Source: Candidatus Adlerbacteria bacterium
Lineage (GTDB): Bacteria > Patescibacteriota > Minisyncoccia > Phycocordibacterales > SBAW01
Direction: 5' to 3'
DNA length: 64,000 nucleotides
Assembly: GCA_963749085.1 (NCBI GenBank)
Contig: CAVVLG010000002.1
Span: forward strand, 229,033 to 293,032
Below are positions 44,647 through 53,497 of this stretch, piece after piece. Within the stretch, counting starts at the first letter, position 1; each line of letters opens with the position of its first letter. A model generated the notes under the pieces. It worked only from the letters and a program-made list of their open reading frames with translations, did no database searches and was not told where the DNA came from. The translations under genes were made by a program, and so were the position numbers.

Positions 44647-44682
44647 CCCCCGATCCGCGCAAGCGGGTCGGGGGTTCTTTCT
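44647..44682. terminator. bidirectional rho-independent terminator
   Basis: A-run, then CCCCCGATCCGC-gcaa-GCGGGTCGGGGG, then TTCTTTCTT. Lies between convergent genes. Confidence 0.6.
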
Positions 44683-44692
44683 TACTGTGACT

Positions 44693-45298
44693 TCAACGGA
44701 TGTTAAAGTTTTCACCGATGATTCCCTTCGGCAGACCCTCCTGAACGAGCTGTACCGCAGCTCGATACGAAACGAGTCGCGAAACCTTACGATCGTTGTC
44801 GCTGACGGCCTCCGTCATCACCTCGATGGTTTTGTCGAGTGAGGCGAGAGCACGATCAAGCTCGGTCTTTTCTTTCTTGTTCGCTTCGGTGTCGCCGACC
44901 TCATGCTTGAGCATTTGATCGACAGTCTCGAGACGATTACGTTTGGCATCGCGCTCGTTGAGCAACGTCTCTTGAGCGCGAGCGACTTCGTCGCGGAGCT
45001 TACCGCGCCGAAGGAGCTCGGTCTCGATATCCACAAGAGATACCAAGTGCCCCACTGGTCCTGCGACTTGCGGTGCAGAAAGGAATTCGACCAGGTTGTC
45101 GAAATTTTTGATAAGTGTCTTTTCGTCCTGGCCATAGCCGATGCTTTTGACCATCGCGAGAATGCGCTCAATAAGAGGATCCGTACGACGGTCGAGCATC
45201 TGAAGTTCGAGGCACGCCTGCAGTTGTCCTTCGACGTACTGCGCGGACTGGACGATCGCCTTTTCGTTTCGAAGTTCAACCACAGGGGTTGCAGTCAT
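44693..45298 (-). CDS. hypothetical coiled-coil protein (201 aa)
   Basis: Largely alpha-helical, Glu/Leu/Arg-rich. No domain recognised. Confidence 0.4.
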   Translation of the reverse strand: MTATPVVELRNEKAIVQSAQYVEGQLQACLELQMLDRRTDPLIERILAMVKSIGYGQDEKTLIKNFDNLVEFLSAPQVAGPVGHLVSLVDIETELLRRGKLRDEVARAQETLLNERDAKRNRLETVDQMLKHEVGDTEANKKEKTELDRALASLDKTIEVMTEAVSDNDRKVSRLVSYRAAVQLVQEGLPKGIIGENFNIR

Positions 45299-45355
45299 GA
45301 TTTTCTCCCGGTTCTAGCTGTTAATTAGATTACATAATTCCATTGTCATGTCAAC

Positions 45356-45384
45356 TTGACAAAAGTAAAGATTGCGATTATGGT
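45356..45384 (+). promoter_or_regulatory. sigma70-type promoter TTGACA-17-TATGGT
   Basis: TTGACA at 45356-45361, a 17-nt spacer, TATGGT at 45379-45384. The GAAGGAGAAAGAGG RBS precedes the ATG at 45427. Confidence 0.55.
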
Positions 45385-45426
45385 GCCAACAGACGACGTT
45401 TCTATCACACATGAAGGAGAAAGAGG

Positions 45427-46740
45427 ATGATTACTCCGAAAGAGCGAGTCATCCGCCTCTTTCTTGGTTTTTTGTCCCACTATGTGCCTTTGTCGCAGGC
45501 TCGCCTTGCGACCCTCGGCGGATATGGAATCGAAGCCAAGATTTGGGCGGAGTCGGGCGTCCCTCCCGATCACGGTTGGCTCATTGAGCTTAACCGCGAG
45601 CGAGGGGGTAGACTCATCAAGAGCCACCGATACAAGAGCCATAACCGCTTGGGAACCTTCCACCGGATCCTGAACGGCTATGGCGAAGACGGTCACGTCG
45701 ACGGATTCCATTTGGATCTGTGCGGGACCATGAGCGACCGGGTCATCGACGATTTCTCGCCAGTGCTTCCGCTGGTGCTACAAAGCACCGGCAAGTGCCT
45801 CGCGATCACCGTCGCTGATCAGCGTCGCAACGTGGCTCTCGAGCAGTGGCCTGAGATTCAGTTGCGCGGCAAGCAGCTGTTTGGGAGACAATCGACTGGA
45901 ATGCTCCAGGAGATTGAATCACAGCAGCGGCGTATTCCAGTCAAACGGAATTTGCCCGCGTTCATCAAGGCCTTCGATCCCACTAAAGCGGCCAAGCGCG
46001 AGTTTGGCCTGTTGGTGGAAATCGCCGAGATACTGCGGAACCACGCTTCATGGACATCTGCTCAGATCGAGCGGTACGTCTATGTGAGTCGGTACCAAGG
46101 CCGTCCGTTTCGTATGCGGACGTACTTCTTTCACTTCGAGCAAGGCAATCCCAAGAATTCGGGGTCTGTATTTGCGCGAATGTGGATCACGAGTCCGCTG
46201 CACTTCAACGGCGGAGAGAAGTTTGTCGAAATCAAAGCGCCCTCCACAGTGGTGGAGCGCACAGCACCAACGAAAGGAACAATAATGTCACGACTCGGCA
46301 ATGTTGCACGAGCGCTCGGCGGCGATGAGCTGGCCGAGTACGAAATGCTCGTGCAAAACAACGAACAGCTGCAGCAGATCCTGCAGACGGTTGCCTCTGT
46401 GAACGGGCTCGGCATGGCGCCGAAGACCGCGCAGAGTTCTACGACCCCCGCTCAGAAGGGAGCTCGTAGAAATTGGGATGATCTCTCCCAACAGGAGCAG
46501 ATCACCTGGCTGCTCAAGGCCTTGGAACTCAAGGCTAAGGGCAATGGCTCCTGGGATAACGGACAGTGGAAGAATATTCTCAAACAGGACTTCGGCCATT
46601 ACTCCGCCGGGCTCGGCCGCAGCTTGCGGGCCGCACTGGCTCGCACGAACGGCAAATTCCGCGCCAACTTCGTGACGCGGATCAAGAGCGCCTTCGGAAA
46701 GGATTTCCACCTGTACCTCGACCGCTTGTCGAAACTGTAG
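45427..46740 (+). CDS. hypothetical protein (437 aa); N-terminal region possibly Rossmann/methyltransferase-like
   Basis: LATLGGYGIEAKIW is faintly like MTase motif I and GFHLDLCGT is faintly like motif IV; unverified. The C-terminal about 150 aa are Gln/Ala-rich. Confidence 0.4.
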   Translation: MITPKERVIRLFLGFLSHYVPLSQARLATLGGYGIEAKIWAESGVPPDHGWLIELNRERGGRLIKSHRYKSHNRLGTFHRILNGYGEDGHVDGFHLDLCGTMSDRVIDDFSPVLPLVLQSTGKCLAITVADQRRNVALEQWPEIQLRGKQLFGRQSTGMLQEIESQQRRIPVKRNLPAFIKAFDPTKAAKREFGLLVEIAEILRNHASWTSAQIERYVYVSRYQGRPFRMRTYFFHFEQGNPKNSGSVFARMWITSPLHFNGGEKFVEIKAPSTVVERTAPTKGTIMSRLGNVARALGGDELAEYEMLVQNNEQLQQILQTVASVNGLGMAPKTAQSSTTPAQKGARRNWDDLSQQEQITWLLKALELKAKGNGSWDNGQWKNILKQDFGHYSAGLGRSLRAALARTNGKFRANFVTRIKSAFGKDFHLYLDRLSKL

Positions 46741-46755
46741 AAGCGCTTAGGCGCC

Positions 46756-46790
46756 AGACCCTCCGATTGTGATCGGAGGGTCTATTTTTC
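46756..46790. terminator. bidirectional rho-independent terminator between 45427..46740 and ppdK
   Basis: AGACCCTCCGAT-tgtg-ATCGGAGGGTCT, then ATTTTTC. Confidence 0.65.
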
Positions 46791-46858
46791 TTACCTACTG
46801 CTCCACCAAAGATTAGAAAAACCCGCCGCAGATCGTACTGCGACGGGCATGGTTTATG

Positions 46859-49570
46859 TTATTTCGTCTGATCCCCTGCCGACTGAAGCACTGCTTGCGC
46901 CGCCGCAAGGCGTGCAATGGGTACCCGGTACGGAGAGCACGAGACGTAGTCGAGACCGACTTCTTCACAGAACCGTATAGAGCGAGGGTCGCCGCCATGT
47001 TCTCCGCAGATGCCTAACTTGATTTTTGGACGCGTCTTACGGCCACGTTTGACAGCGATGCGAATGAGCTCGCCGACGCCCTCAATGTCCAAGGACACGA
47101 AGGGGTCGTGCTCAAGCGCTTTCTGCTCGATATAGTCGCCAAGGAACCTGCCGACGTCGTCCCGTGACAGACCATAGGTGGTCTGCGTGAGGTCGTTGGT
47201 CCCGAAGCTGAAGAACTCCGCCGTTTCTGCGATTTCGCCGGCCATGAGCGCCGCGCGAGGAAGTTCGATCATGGTGCCAATATTGTACATAAGGGTTGCA
47301 CCCTGCTCTTCCCGCACCTCATCAATCGTTCGTCTGATGAGACCCGCGACGAGGTCGAACTCGGCTTTGCCGGCAACGAGCGGAATCATGATCTCAGGAC
47401 TCACTGCCGTTTTAGTGCGGGTCATGTTGACGTCGATCGCCGCTTCGGCGATTGCCCGCGTTTGCATTTCGTAGATCTCAGGGTACGTGATCCCGAGCCG
47501 ACAGCCCCTGTGGCCAAGCATGGGGTTTACCTCATGGAGTGCTGCCGCCCGGTGTCGGACGGTCTCGATGTCCTTGCCGGCAGCTTTGGCGAGCTCCACG
47601 AATTCCTCGTCGGTCTTCGGGAGGAACTCATGCAAAGGCGGGTCGAGCAGCCGAATCGTGATGGGCAAGCCCTCCATAATCCGGAACAGCTCGATAAAGT
47701 CGTCGCGTTGCATCGGCAGTATCTTCTCCAATGCTTCGCGTCTCCCTTCCGTGTCGTCCGCCATGATCATCTCGCGGACCGCAAGGATGCGGCCCTTGCC
47801 GAAGAACATGTGCTCGGTACGACACAGTCCGATACCCTCGGCACCGAAGTTGCGTGCCGCGAGTGCGTCCTTTGCCGTCTCGGCGTTGGTGCGGATTTTG
47901 AGCCGCCGGATTTTATCTGCCCAAGCCATGAAGGTGGCAAAATCCTCCGAAGTTTCGGGCTCGATGGTCGCAACTTCGCCGAGCATCACCTCGCCGGTGG
48001 TCCCGTCGATGGTGACCTTGTCGCCCACTTTGACGACATGATTCTTAGCCGTCATGGTCTGTCTATCGTAATCGATGCGCAATTCGCGCGCGCCGACCAC
48101 GCACGGACGTCCCATGCCGCGGGCAACGACCGCAGCGTGCGAGGTGGTGCCACCACGGGTAGTAAGCACTCCCTTGGCGATACTCATGCCATGCACGTCA
48201 TCGGGACTGGTCTCAGTTCGCGCCAAGATGACCGAACCATGGAGCGCAGCGAGCCGTTTCGCCTCTTCGGTAGAAAAGACGATATGGCCCGACACCGCAC
48301 CCGGGGACGCGGCCAAACCCTGGGTCAGGACTGTCCGCTTGGCTTCCGGGTCAAGAACGGGATGCAGGAGCTCATCGAGCGTTGTGGGCTCGATGCGGCC
48401 GAGAGCATCCTCCTTGGTGATGAAACCCTCAGAGACCATGTCGATGGCGATTCGGATGGCCGCCGTCGCACTGCGCTTGCCGGTTCGAGTCTGGAGCATC
48501 CAGAGTTTCCCCTGCTGCACCGTGAACTCGATATCCTGCATGTCGAGGTAGTGCTGCTCAAGACGGTCGCGAACGGCAACCAGCTGGACAAACGCCTCGG
48601 GCATTGCTTCTTCCAAGGAAGGCAGTTTGGACTTTCGCGCCTTCTTGGTGGCGAGAGACAGCGGATGCGGCGTGCGTTTGCCGCCGACCACATCCTCGCC
48701 CTGAGCGTTGGGGAGGTACTCGCCGTAAAACTCGCGGGTACCGTTCAGAGGATTGCGTGTAAAGCCAACGCCTGTCGCGCAATTCTCGCCCATATTTCCG
48801 AAGACCATAGCCTGGACATTGACCGCCGTGCCCCAGTTCTCCGGAATGCCGTGGAGTTGCCGGTACTTGATGGCCCGGTCATTCATCCACGAGCTAAACA
48901 CGGCACCTATAGCTCCCCATAGCTGCTGGTAGGGATCTTGCGGGAACGATTTTCCCGTTTGATCCTGCACCAGCCCTTTGTAGGAATCGACGACGCGCTT
49001 CCAATCATCAACGTCTAGTTCGTTATCAAGCTCGATGCCTTTTTCGAACTTGAGCTGATCGAGGATGTCATCGAACAGGCCGTCCTCGATATTGAGGACG
49101 ACTTGCCCGTACATCTCAATGAATCGGCGATAACTGTCGTGCGCGAAACGCGGGTTCTGCGTAGCGCGTGCCAACATATCGACCGTGGCATCGTTGAGAC
49201 CGAGGTTGAGAATAGTGTCCATCATGCCGGGCATTGATGCCCGGGCACCGGAACGCACCGAGACCAGTAGAGGCAGTTCCCGACCGAAAAGCGATTCTTG
49301 AAGATTACCGAATCGAAATCCGGTCACCTTCTCGATCTCGCTCAGAGCTTGCACTACTTGTTCAGTGAGCCCGGTGGGATACGTTTTGCCGTTTTGATAA
49401 AAGTGAGTGCAGACCTCGGTGGTGATAGTGAAGCCGGGCGGCACAGGAATACCGATGCGTGACATTTCTGCCAGACCAGCACCTTTGCCTCCCAGGAGAT
49501 TCTTTGGGTTCGGAAGTGCTTCGGCAGTCTTTGAGCTGCCGAAGGAGAAGACCAGTCGCTCGTTCATCAC
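46859..49570 (-). CDS. ppdK: pyruvate, phosphate dikinase
   Basis: 903 aa. N-terminal ATP-grasp GGKGAGLAEM. Central phospho-His domain (…TTRGGTTSHAAVVARGMGRPCVVG). C-terminal PEP-utilising TIM barrel. Length and order match PPDK rather than PEP synthase. Confidence 0.85.
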   Translation of the reverse strand: MMNERLVFSFGSSKTAEALPNPKNLLGGKGAGLAEMSRIGIPVPPGFTITTEVCTHFYQNGKTYPTGLTEQVVQALSEIEKVTGFRFGNLQESLFGRELPLLVSVRSGARASMPGMMDTILNLGLNDATVDMLARATQNPRFAHDSYRRFIEMYGQVVLNIEDGLFDDILDQLKFEKGIELDNELDVDDWKRVVDSYKGLVQDQTGKSFPQDPYQQLWGAIGAVFSSWMNDRAIKYRQLHGIPENWGTAVNVQAMVFGNMGENCATGVGFTRNPLNGTREFYGEYLPNAQGEDVVGGKRTPHPLSLATKKARKSKLPSLEEAMPEAFVQLVAVRDRLEQHYLDMQDIEFTVQQGKLWMLQTRTGKRSATAAIRIAIDMVSEGFITKEDALGRIEPTTLDELLHPVLDPEAKRTVLTQGLAASPGAVSGHIVFSTEEAKRLAALHGSVILARTETSPDDVHGMSIAKGVLTTRGGTTSHAAVVARGMGRPCVVGARELRIDYDRQTMTAKNHVVKVGDKVTIDGTTGEVMLGEVATIEPETSEDFATFMAWADKIRRLKIRTNAETAKDALAARNFGAEGIGLCRTEHMFFGKGRILAVREMIMADDTEGRREALEKILPMQRDDFIELFRIMEGLPITIRLLDPPLHEFLPKTDEEFVELAKAAGKDIETVRHRAAALHEVNPMLGHRGCRLGITYPEIYEMQTRAIAEAAIDVNMTRTKTAVSPEIMIPLVAGKAEFDLVAGLIRRTIDEVREEQGATLMYNIGTMIELPRAALMAGEIAETAEFFSFGTNDLTQTTYGLSRDDVGRFLGDYIEQKALEHDPFVSLDIEGVGELIRIAVKRGRKTRPKIKLGICGEHGGDPRSIRFCEEVGLDYVSCSPYRVPIARLAAAQAVLQSAGDQTK

Positions 49571-49652
49571 AGCTCCTTGTGTTGTATTTGATGCAGAAAC
49601 GGTATGTCAACGAACACGACCCACCTTTGTGATGGATCGACTCTAACGTATA

Positions 49653-49685
49653 TAATCTCGCAACATTCTCTCAGGTGCGAGATTA
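49653..49685. promoter_or_regulatory. 10-bp perfect inverted repeat TAATCTCGCA-13 nt-TGCGAGATTA in the ppdK upstream region
   Basis: Read directly. It lies 83-115 bp upstream of the ppdK start codon on the minus strand and overlaps a TATAAT hexamer. Confidence 0.4.
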
Positions 49686-49755
49686 TCCTTAACTCCACTC
49701 GTACTATACCAAAATCTCCCAAAATATAAGTCCTGGCTGCGTGGTCCTTGACGAC

Positions 49756-49784
49756 TTGACAAATACGTCATTTTAGTATATAAT
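49756..49784 (+). promoter_or_regulatory. canonical sigma70 promoter TTGACA-17-TATAAT
   Basis: TTGACA at 49756-49761, a 17-nt spacer, TATAAT at 49779-49784. The AGGGAG RBS is at 49811-49816 and the ATG at 49824. Confidence 0.65.
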
Positions 49785-49823
49785 GGGAGAGAAAGCTCAT
49801 CACAGACTATAGGGAGATGGAAA

Positions 49824-50240
49824 ATGACCAAGTTCTGGATTGCTCTTGGCCTGATCGCAGGGATCGTTATCGAGAACTGGATCTGGCCGGGATGGCTCTC
49901 CTTCATGTACCACTATACCTTCGGGTTCACACCGTGGTACGTGCAGGCGGTGCTACTCGTCATCGCGAGTACGGCAGTAGCCTTCGTAGCCGCCGAGTTC
50001 TTAGGCGGCATCGTCGGGTTGCCTTTGCTCAGCATCTGGGCGGTGTTGCCACTCTTGGGCTTCCGGCTCGGTTGGGTGGACGACCGTCTTGGTGATGTTG
50101 CGCGGCAGTTGGCTGCCAATCCGCGCGATGTGCAGGAAGTGGCGCACGTTCACACCTACCTGCACACGAGTGTCGTTGTTTTCGGCGCTCTCGTGGCCCT
50201 GCTTATCCTGCTGTCGGTTGTGCGCGTGGTGTGGCGCTAA
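49824..50240 (+). CDS. small membrane protein (138 aa, 4 TMS)
   Basis: Perfect promoter and RBS upstream. Hydrophobic. Confidence 0.45.
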   Translation: MTKFWIALGLIAGIVIENWIWPGWLSFMYHYTFGFTPWYVQAVLLVIASTAVAFVAAEFLGGIVGLPLLSIWAVLPLLGFRLGWVDDRLGDVARQLAANPRDVQEVAHVHTYLHTSVVVFGALVALLILLSVVRVVWR

Positions 50241-50370
50241 ATGCCATGCCATCAGTGCTACGCTGCCGACTTGGGGAGAACGCTTGCGTTCTTCCCCTCT
50301 ATTGAGCCCACGAGATATCGCTGGCTCATCGAGTAAGGCACATTCAAAAACACGCACACAGGGGGAACCC

Positions 50371-50604
50371 ATGCAGTTCGTCACGTTCTTTCTAGGTACA
50401 CCGCGGCGGTTCTTTCTGTCGCTGTGTTCCCTCGGCCTAGTGCTGGCGTACTTCCGGCCAGACGTCATCGAGACGTCCCTCAGCAACTTTCTCACGGCTG
50501 CAATCAATGCCGTGGGACCGCTTGCTCCGCCGCTCCTTGTTCTCCTTCTCGTGATACTGGGCTACAAAATCATGTTCAGCTCGTTCACGAAGAAGAAGGA
50601 CTGA
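50371..50604 (+). CDS. small membrane protein (77 aa)
   Basis: GGGGGAA RBS before MQFVTFFLG. Two TMS. Confidence 0.35.
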   Translation: MQFVTFFLGTPRRFFLSLCSLGLVLAYFRPDVIETSLSNFLTAAINAVGPLAPPLLVLLLVILGYKIMFSSFTKKKD

Positions 50605-50608
50605 CGCC

Positions 50609-50827
50609 ATGACCTACGACCTCATCCGCTACCGAGCCGACCTACGGCGTGGGTGGCACAAGGCGGGACCGCGCATATCCAAGGGGCTTACGTCCCCTCT
50701 GCGAGTCGCGTTCTCCAAGAAGAACTACGGTGAAGAACTCGGCAACTGGCTGAAGATGCTAGTCTACCTGTTTTCGCTCACCGTTTGGTTTCTCTTCTGC
50801 AGTGCCCGTTTGGTGCTGCGGAGATAG
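50609..50827 (+). CDS. small membrane protein (72 aa)
   Basis: Starts 5 bp after the previous stop. C-terminal TM. Confidence 0.3.
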   Translation: MTYDLIRYRADLRRGWHKAGPRISKGLTSPLRVAFSKKNYGEELGNWLKMLVYLFSLTVWFLFCSARLVLRR

Positions 50828-50921
50828 CACTGCCCGAGGGCAGAGAAAGGAGGTGCATTATGTGCAGAAGAAAGAGTCCATCAGGGAGCCGCGATCGAGA
50901 ATCGCGGCTCTTATTTTTACT

Positions 50922-51437
50922 CTAAACCAGAGTCTCCAGATATTTATCGATTTCTTCTTGGGATTTTAAGGTGATTATTTTGCTACGATATTCTTTTATA
51001 AATTGCCTGAGTTTTGGTCCTTGAGTGCGTGTACGTCGGATAATTTCAAAAAAGAACGTCATCTCATGCCATGTGGTTAGTTCCCCGTGTCGGGTTGAGG
51101 GTCTTAGTATGCGCTTAGCGTGATTAAGCAATCTGCGCCACAGAGGAATATCCAGAAAAATAATGACATCTGCTCTTTTGGCTATCTCTGGGGCTTGACG
51201 CAAGTAGAAACCGTCAGAAACCCATGAATCCGCAGCAATGGCGGCTAAGGCCTTCTGTCTCACAAACGCTCTCACCCTTTCTCGCTCCGCTTCGGAAGTA
51301 TGTTGGTCTACGTGAGTTCCACCAGCCTCAAACCAGAAGCGGTCTAGGTGGATATGCGGTATAGATAACTTCTCACTTATTTTTTCGGCAAGTGTTGTCT
51401 TCCCACTTCCCGCCATACCCACGATGCTTATACGCAT
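50922..51437 (-). CDS. P-loop NTPase of the adenylate-kinase-like / topology-modulation (FlaR-like) family
   Basis: MRISIVGMAGSGKTTLAEKISEKLSIPHIHLD (Walker A next to the N-terminus; nucleoside-monophosphate-kinase-like layout). 171 aa. Confidence 0.55.
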   Translation of the reverse strand: MRISIVGMAGSGKTTLAEKISEKLSIPHIHLDRFWFEAGGTHVDQHTSEAERERVRAFVRQKALAAIAADSWVSDGFYLRQAPEIAKRADVIIFLDIPLWRRLLNHAKRILRPSTRHGELTTWHEMTFFFEIIRRTRTQGPKLRQFIKEYRSKIITLKSQEEIDKYLETLV

Positions 51438-51508
51438 GTATTAAGCATACCTCAGGCGAAGCGACAACAATCCTTTCCGAATAATGTAGAAAGCCTTACA
51501 CTACGGGG

Positions 51509-52078
51509 ATGTCTAAGAGCAAGACTATCTACGTATTCATTGACGCATCAAATCTGTGGGCAGCGCAGAAGGCAAAAGGTAAGGTCTTTGATTATGCCAA
51601 ACTGGCCAACTACATAAAGGAGAAGTTCTCCGCCAGCACTTTCCAGATATTTTATTACACCGCATACCCGGCTGAGGGGACACGGGCATATAGCCTGGAT
51701 GGGAGGCACAAATTTTTTACTTTCCTCAAAAAAGGTCTCGGGTTCATTGTAAGAAAGAAGGAACTGAAACGGATTTCCATACTTGATGAAGATGGTGAAT
51801 CCATTCAAGAGAAAGGAAACATGGACGTAGAGATGACGATTGATGCTCTCCATCACCTGTCAAAATACGATGTCGCTGTCTTCTTCACAGGCGATTCTGA
51901 TTTCCTTGCCCTTGTCACTTATTTACGGGAAGGAGGCAAGCAGGTATTTATCTTCTCCTCTAAAAACAATGTGTCTCAAGAGCTACGGACGGGTGGCGAC
52001 GGCTATTTTGATGTTTTAACTTTGGAAGAGGATATTTGGGGACGGGATTTGAAGTACCGTTCTAAAGATAATAAATAA
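51509..52078 (+). CDS. NYN-domain (LabA-like PIN-fold) protein
   Basis: IYVFIDASNLW…DVEMTIDAL…FFTGDSDFLALV…GKQVFIFS matches the NYN/LabA acidic-residue pattern. Confidence 0.6.
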   Translation: MSKSKTIYVFIDASNLWAAQKAKGKVFDYAKLANYIKEKFSASTFQIFYYTAYPAEGTRAYSLDGRHKFFTFLKKGLGFIVRKKELKRISILDEDGESIQEKGNMDVEMTIDALHHLSKYDVAVFFTGDSDFLALVTYLREGGKQVFIFSSKNNVSQELRTGGDGYFDVLTLEEDIWGRDLKYRSKDNK

Positions 52079-52402
52079 CCTGTAAACGAAAACCACCCTC
52101 CGCGAGGAGGGTGGCCCTTGGATGTAATACCCTTTCAGTTCTATGCCAGAACCAAAAGACACTATAAACATACACCCGGAGGTATGAAAAATCAATGACC
52201 TATACCTATGCACATTCAAAATCCGCTTATTTTTCCTCACAAGGCGAACTGTGGTTCCAAGCTATTGAACCATTACGCGGAGCTTGACTAAGTCAAAAAA
52301 TCGTGCAATTATCTTTGTTGGAGCGTCCATTCCGGACATTTCGCACTTGTTCCTCACAAATCGGAGATTCGTCGTGACGCAATATTCACGTTCCCTGGCG
52401 CT

Positions 52403-53381
52403 CATGAGGCGCTATCTCATGGTCCAGGCTGTATTCAACGTCATCCTGTGGACTGTCGTCATCGCAAGTGGTCGATCGCCGCACAGCACCGGGGATTGGA
52501 TGACGTGGTTCTTGATCGGCGCCCAAATCCCAGTCGTCTGCATCATAGTAGATGCGCTCGTCGTCTACTTCTATCTACGGCGCTTGAGCGGAACGTTTTC
52601 GATCAGAGCGGGTCACGAGACTTTTGTCCGCGGTGCCACGTGGAGTCTTCTTCGGGAGCTCGCAGCCAGAGCGAAGGATCTCACAAAAGCTAGAACAGAG
52701 ATGGAGAGCATGTATCCCGAGCTCAAAGACGATCCCCGTTTCGTCGATGCGTTTAGTCGCGGCGATGTTGTTACGCTGTCCCTTATGGAAGAGAAAGCAT
52801 ATCGACGCCTGGAACGTGAGCACCACGAGATGGAACGCCGTGCACACAAGGTTGCTGCACAGTCGGCAGAGCTTCTCGCATTGCTCAGGGAAGCGGCCCA
52901 GCTGGGTGCCGATCAGCAACACCTAAACGCCGCTCGCAAAAGTGGAATTCCCGCTGCCCGCGAACTCATATCCATGCTCAAGCGGCGGAACACGCTGTTG
53001 GAAAATGCTAACCACATCGGGTGCGGTGAACTAGTACAATCGAAACTCTGGACTGACGGGCTGGATATAGCGTACGCGCTGTATCTGCGTCTCGAAGCAC
53101 TCACGGAGCGTGCTGCTCGTTGCGGCGCAGTAGCAGTATTTGCATCCCAGAACTACATTCGGCTTGGCGAGCTTGAGAGGGCTGAGAAAATCATCATGGA
53201 TGCGGAAAACGAGCAGATGTGGGAACGACAAAAGATTCTGCTGTTGACACAAGCCCACAAACTCAAACTATCAAGCCGTGGCGACCTTTCAGTGCGTATC
53301 GAAGCACTCGGTAGGCTGCAATACGGATCGCGCGAATTTCGTATTGCACTCCACGGGATTGAGCGAGATCTCAAATCATGA
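52403..53381 (+). CDS. hypothetical protein with 2 N-terminal TMS and a cytoplasmic helical region
   Basis: The longest ORF starts at 52284; MRRYLMV (52403) is the more plausible start. No domain recognised. Confidence 0.35.
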
Positions 53382-53497
53382 ATCGGCATTTCCAGGTATA
53401 AGCAATCAACCCCCGTGCGCCACACATCGGCGCTCGGGGGTTTTCTTTCTCTACTTCCCTACTGTCTAAGTTCAAGCACCAAAAATATCCTTATTTT

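Noticed and set aside
47462-48922. 486-aa ORF (and several others) antisense within ppdK; 335-aa ORF 36683..37690 antisense within nrdA; 190-aa ORF 61514..62086 antisense within nrdB
   Set aside because: These lie inside well-supported conserved genes on the opposite strand. They are typical spurious long antisense ORFs in GC-rich coding DNA.
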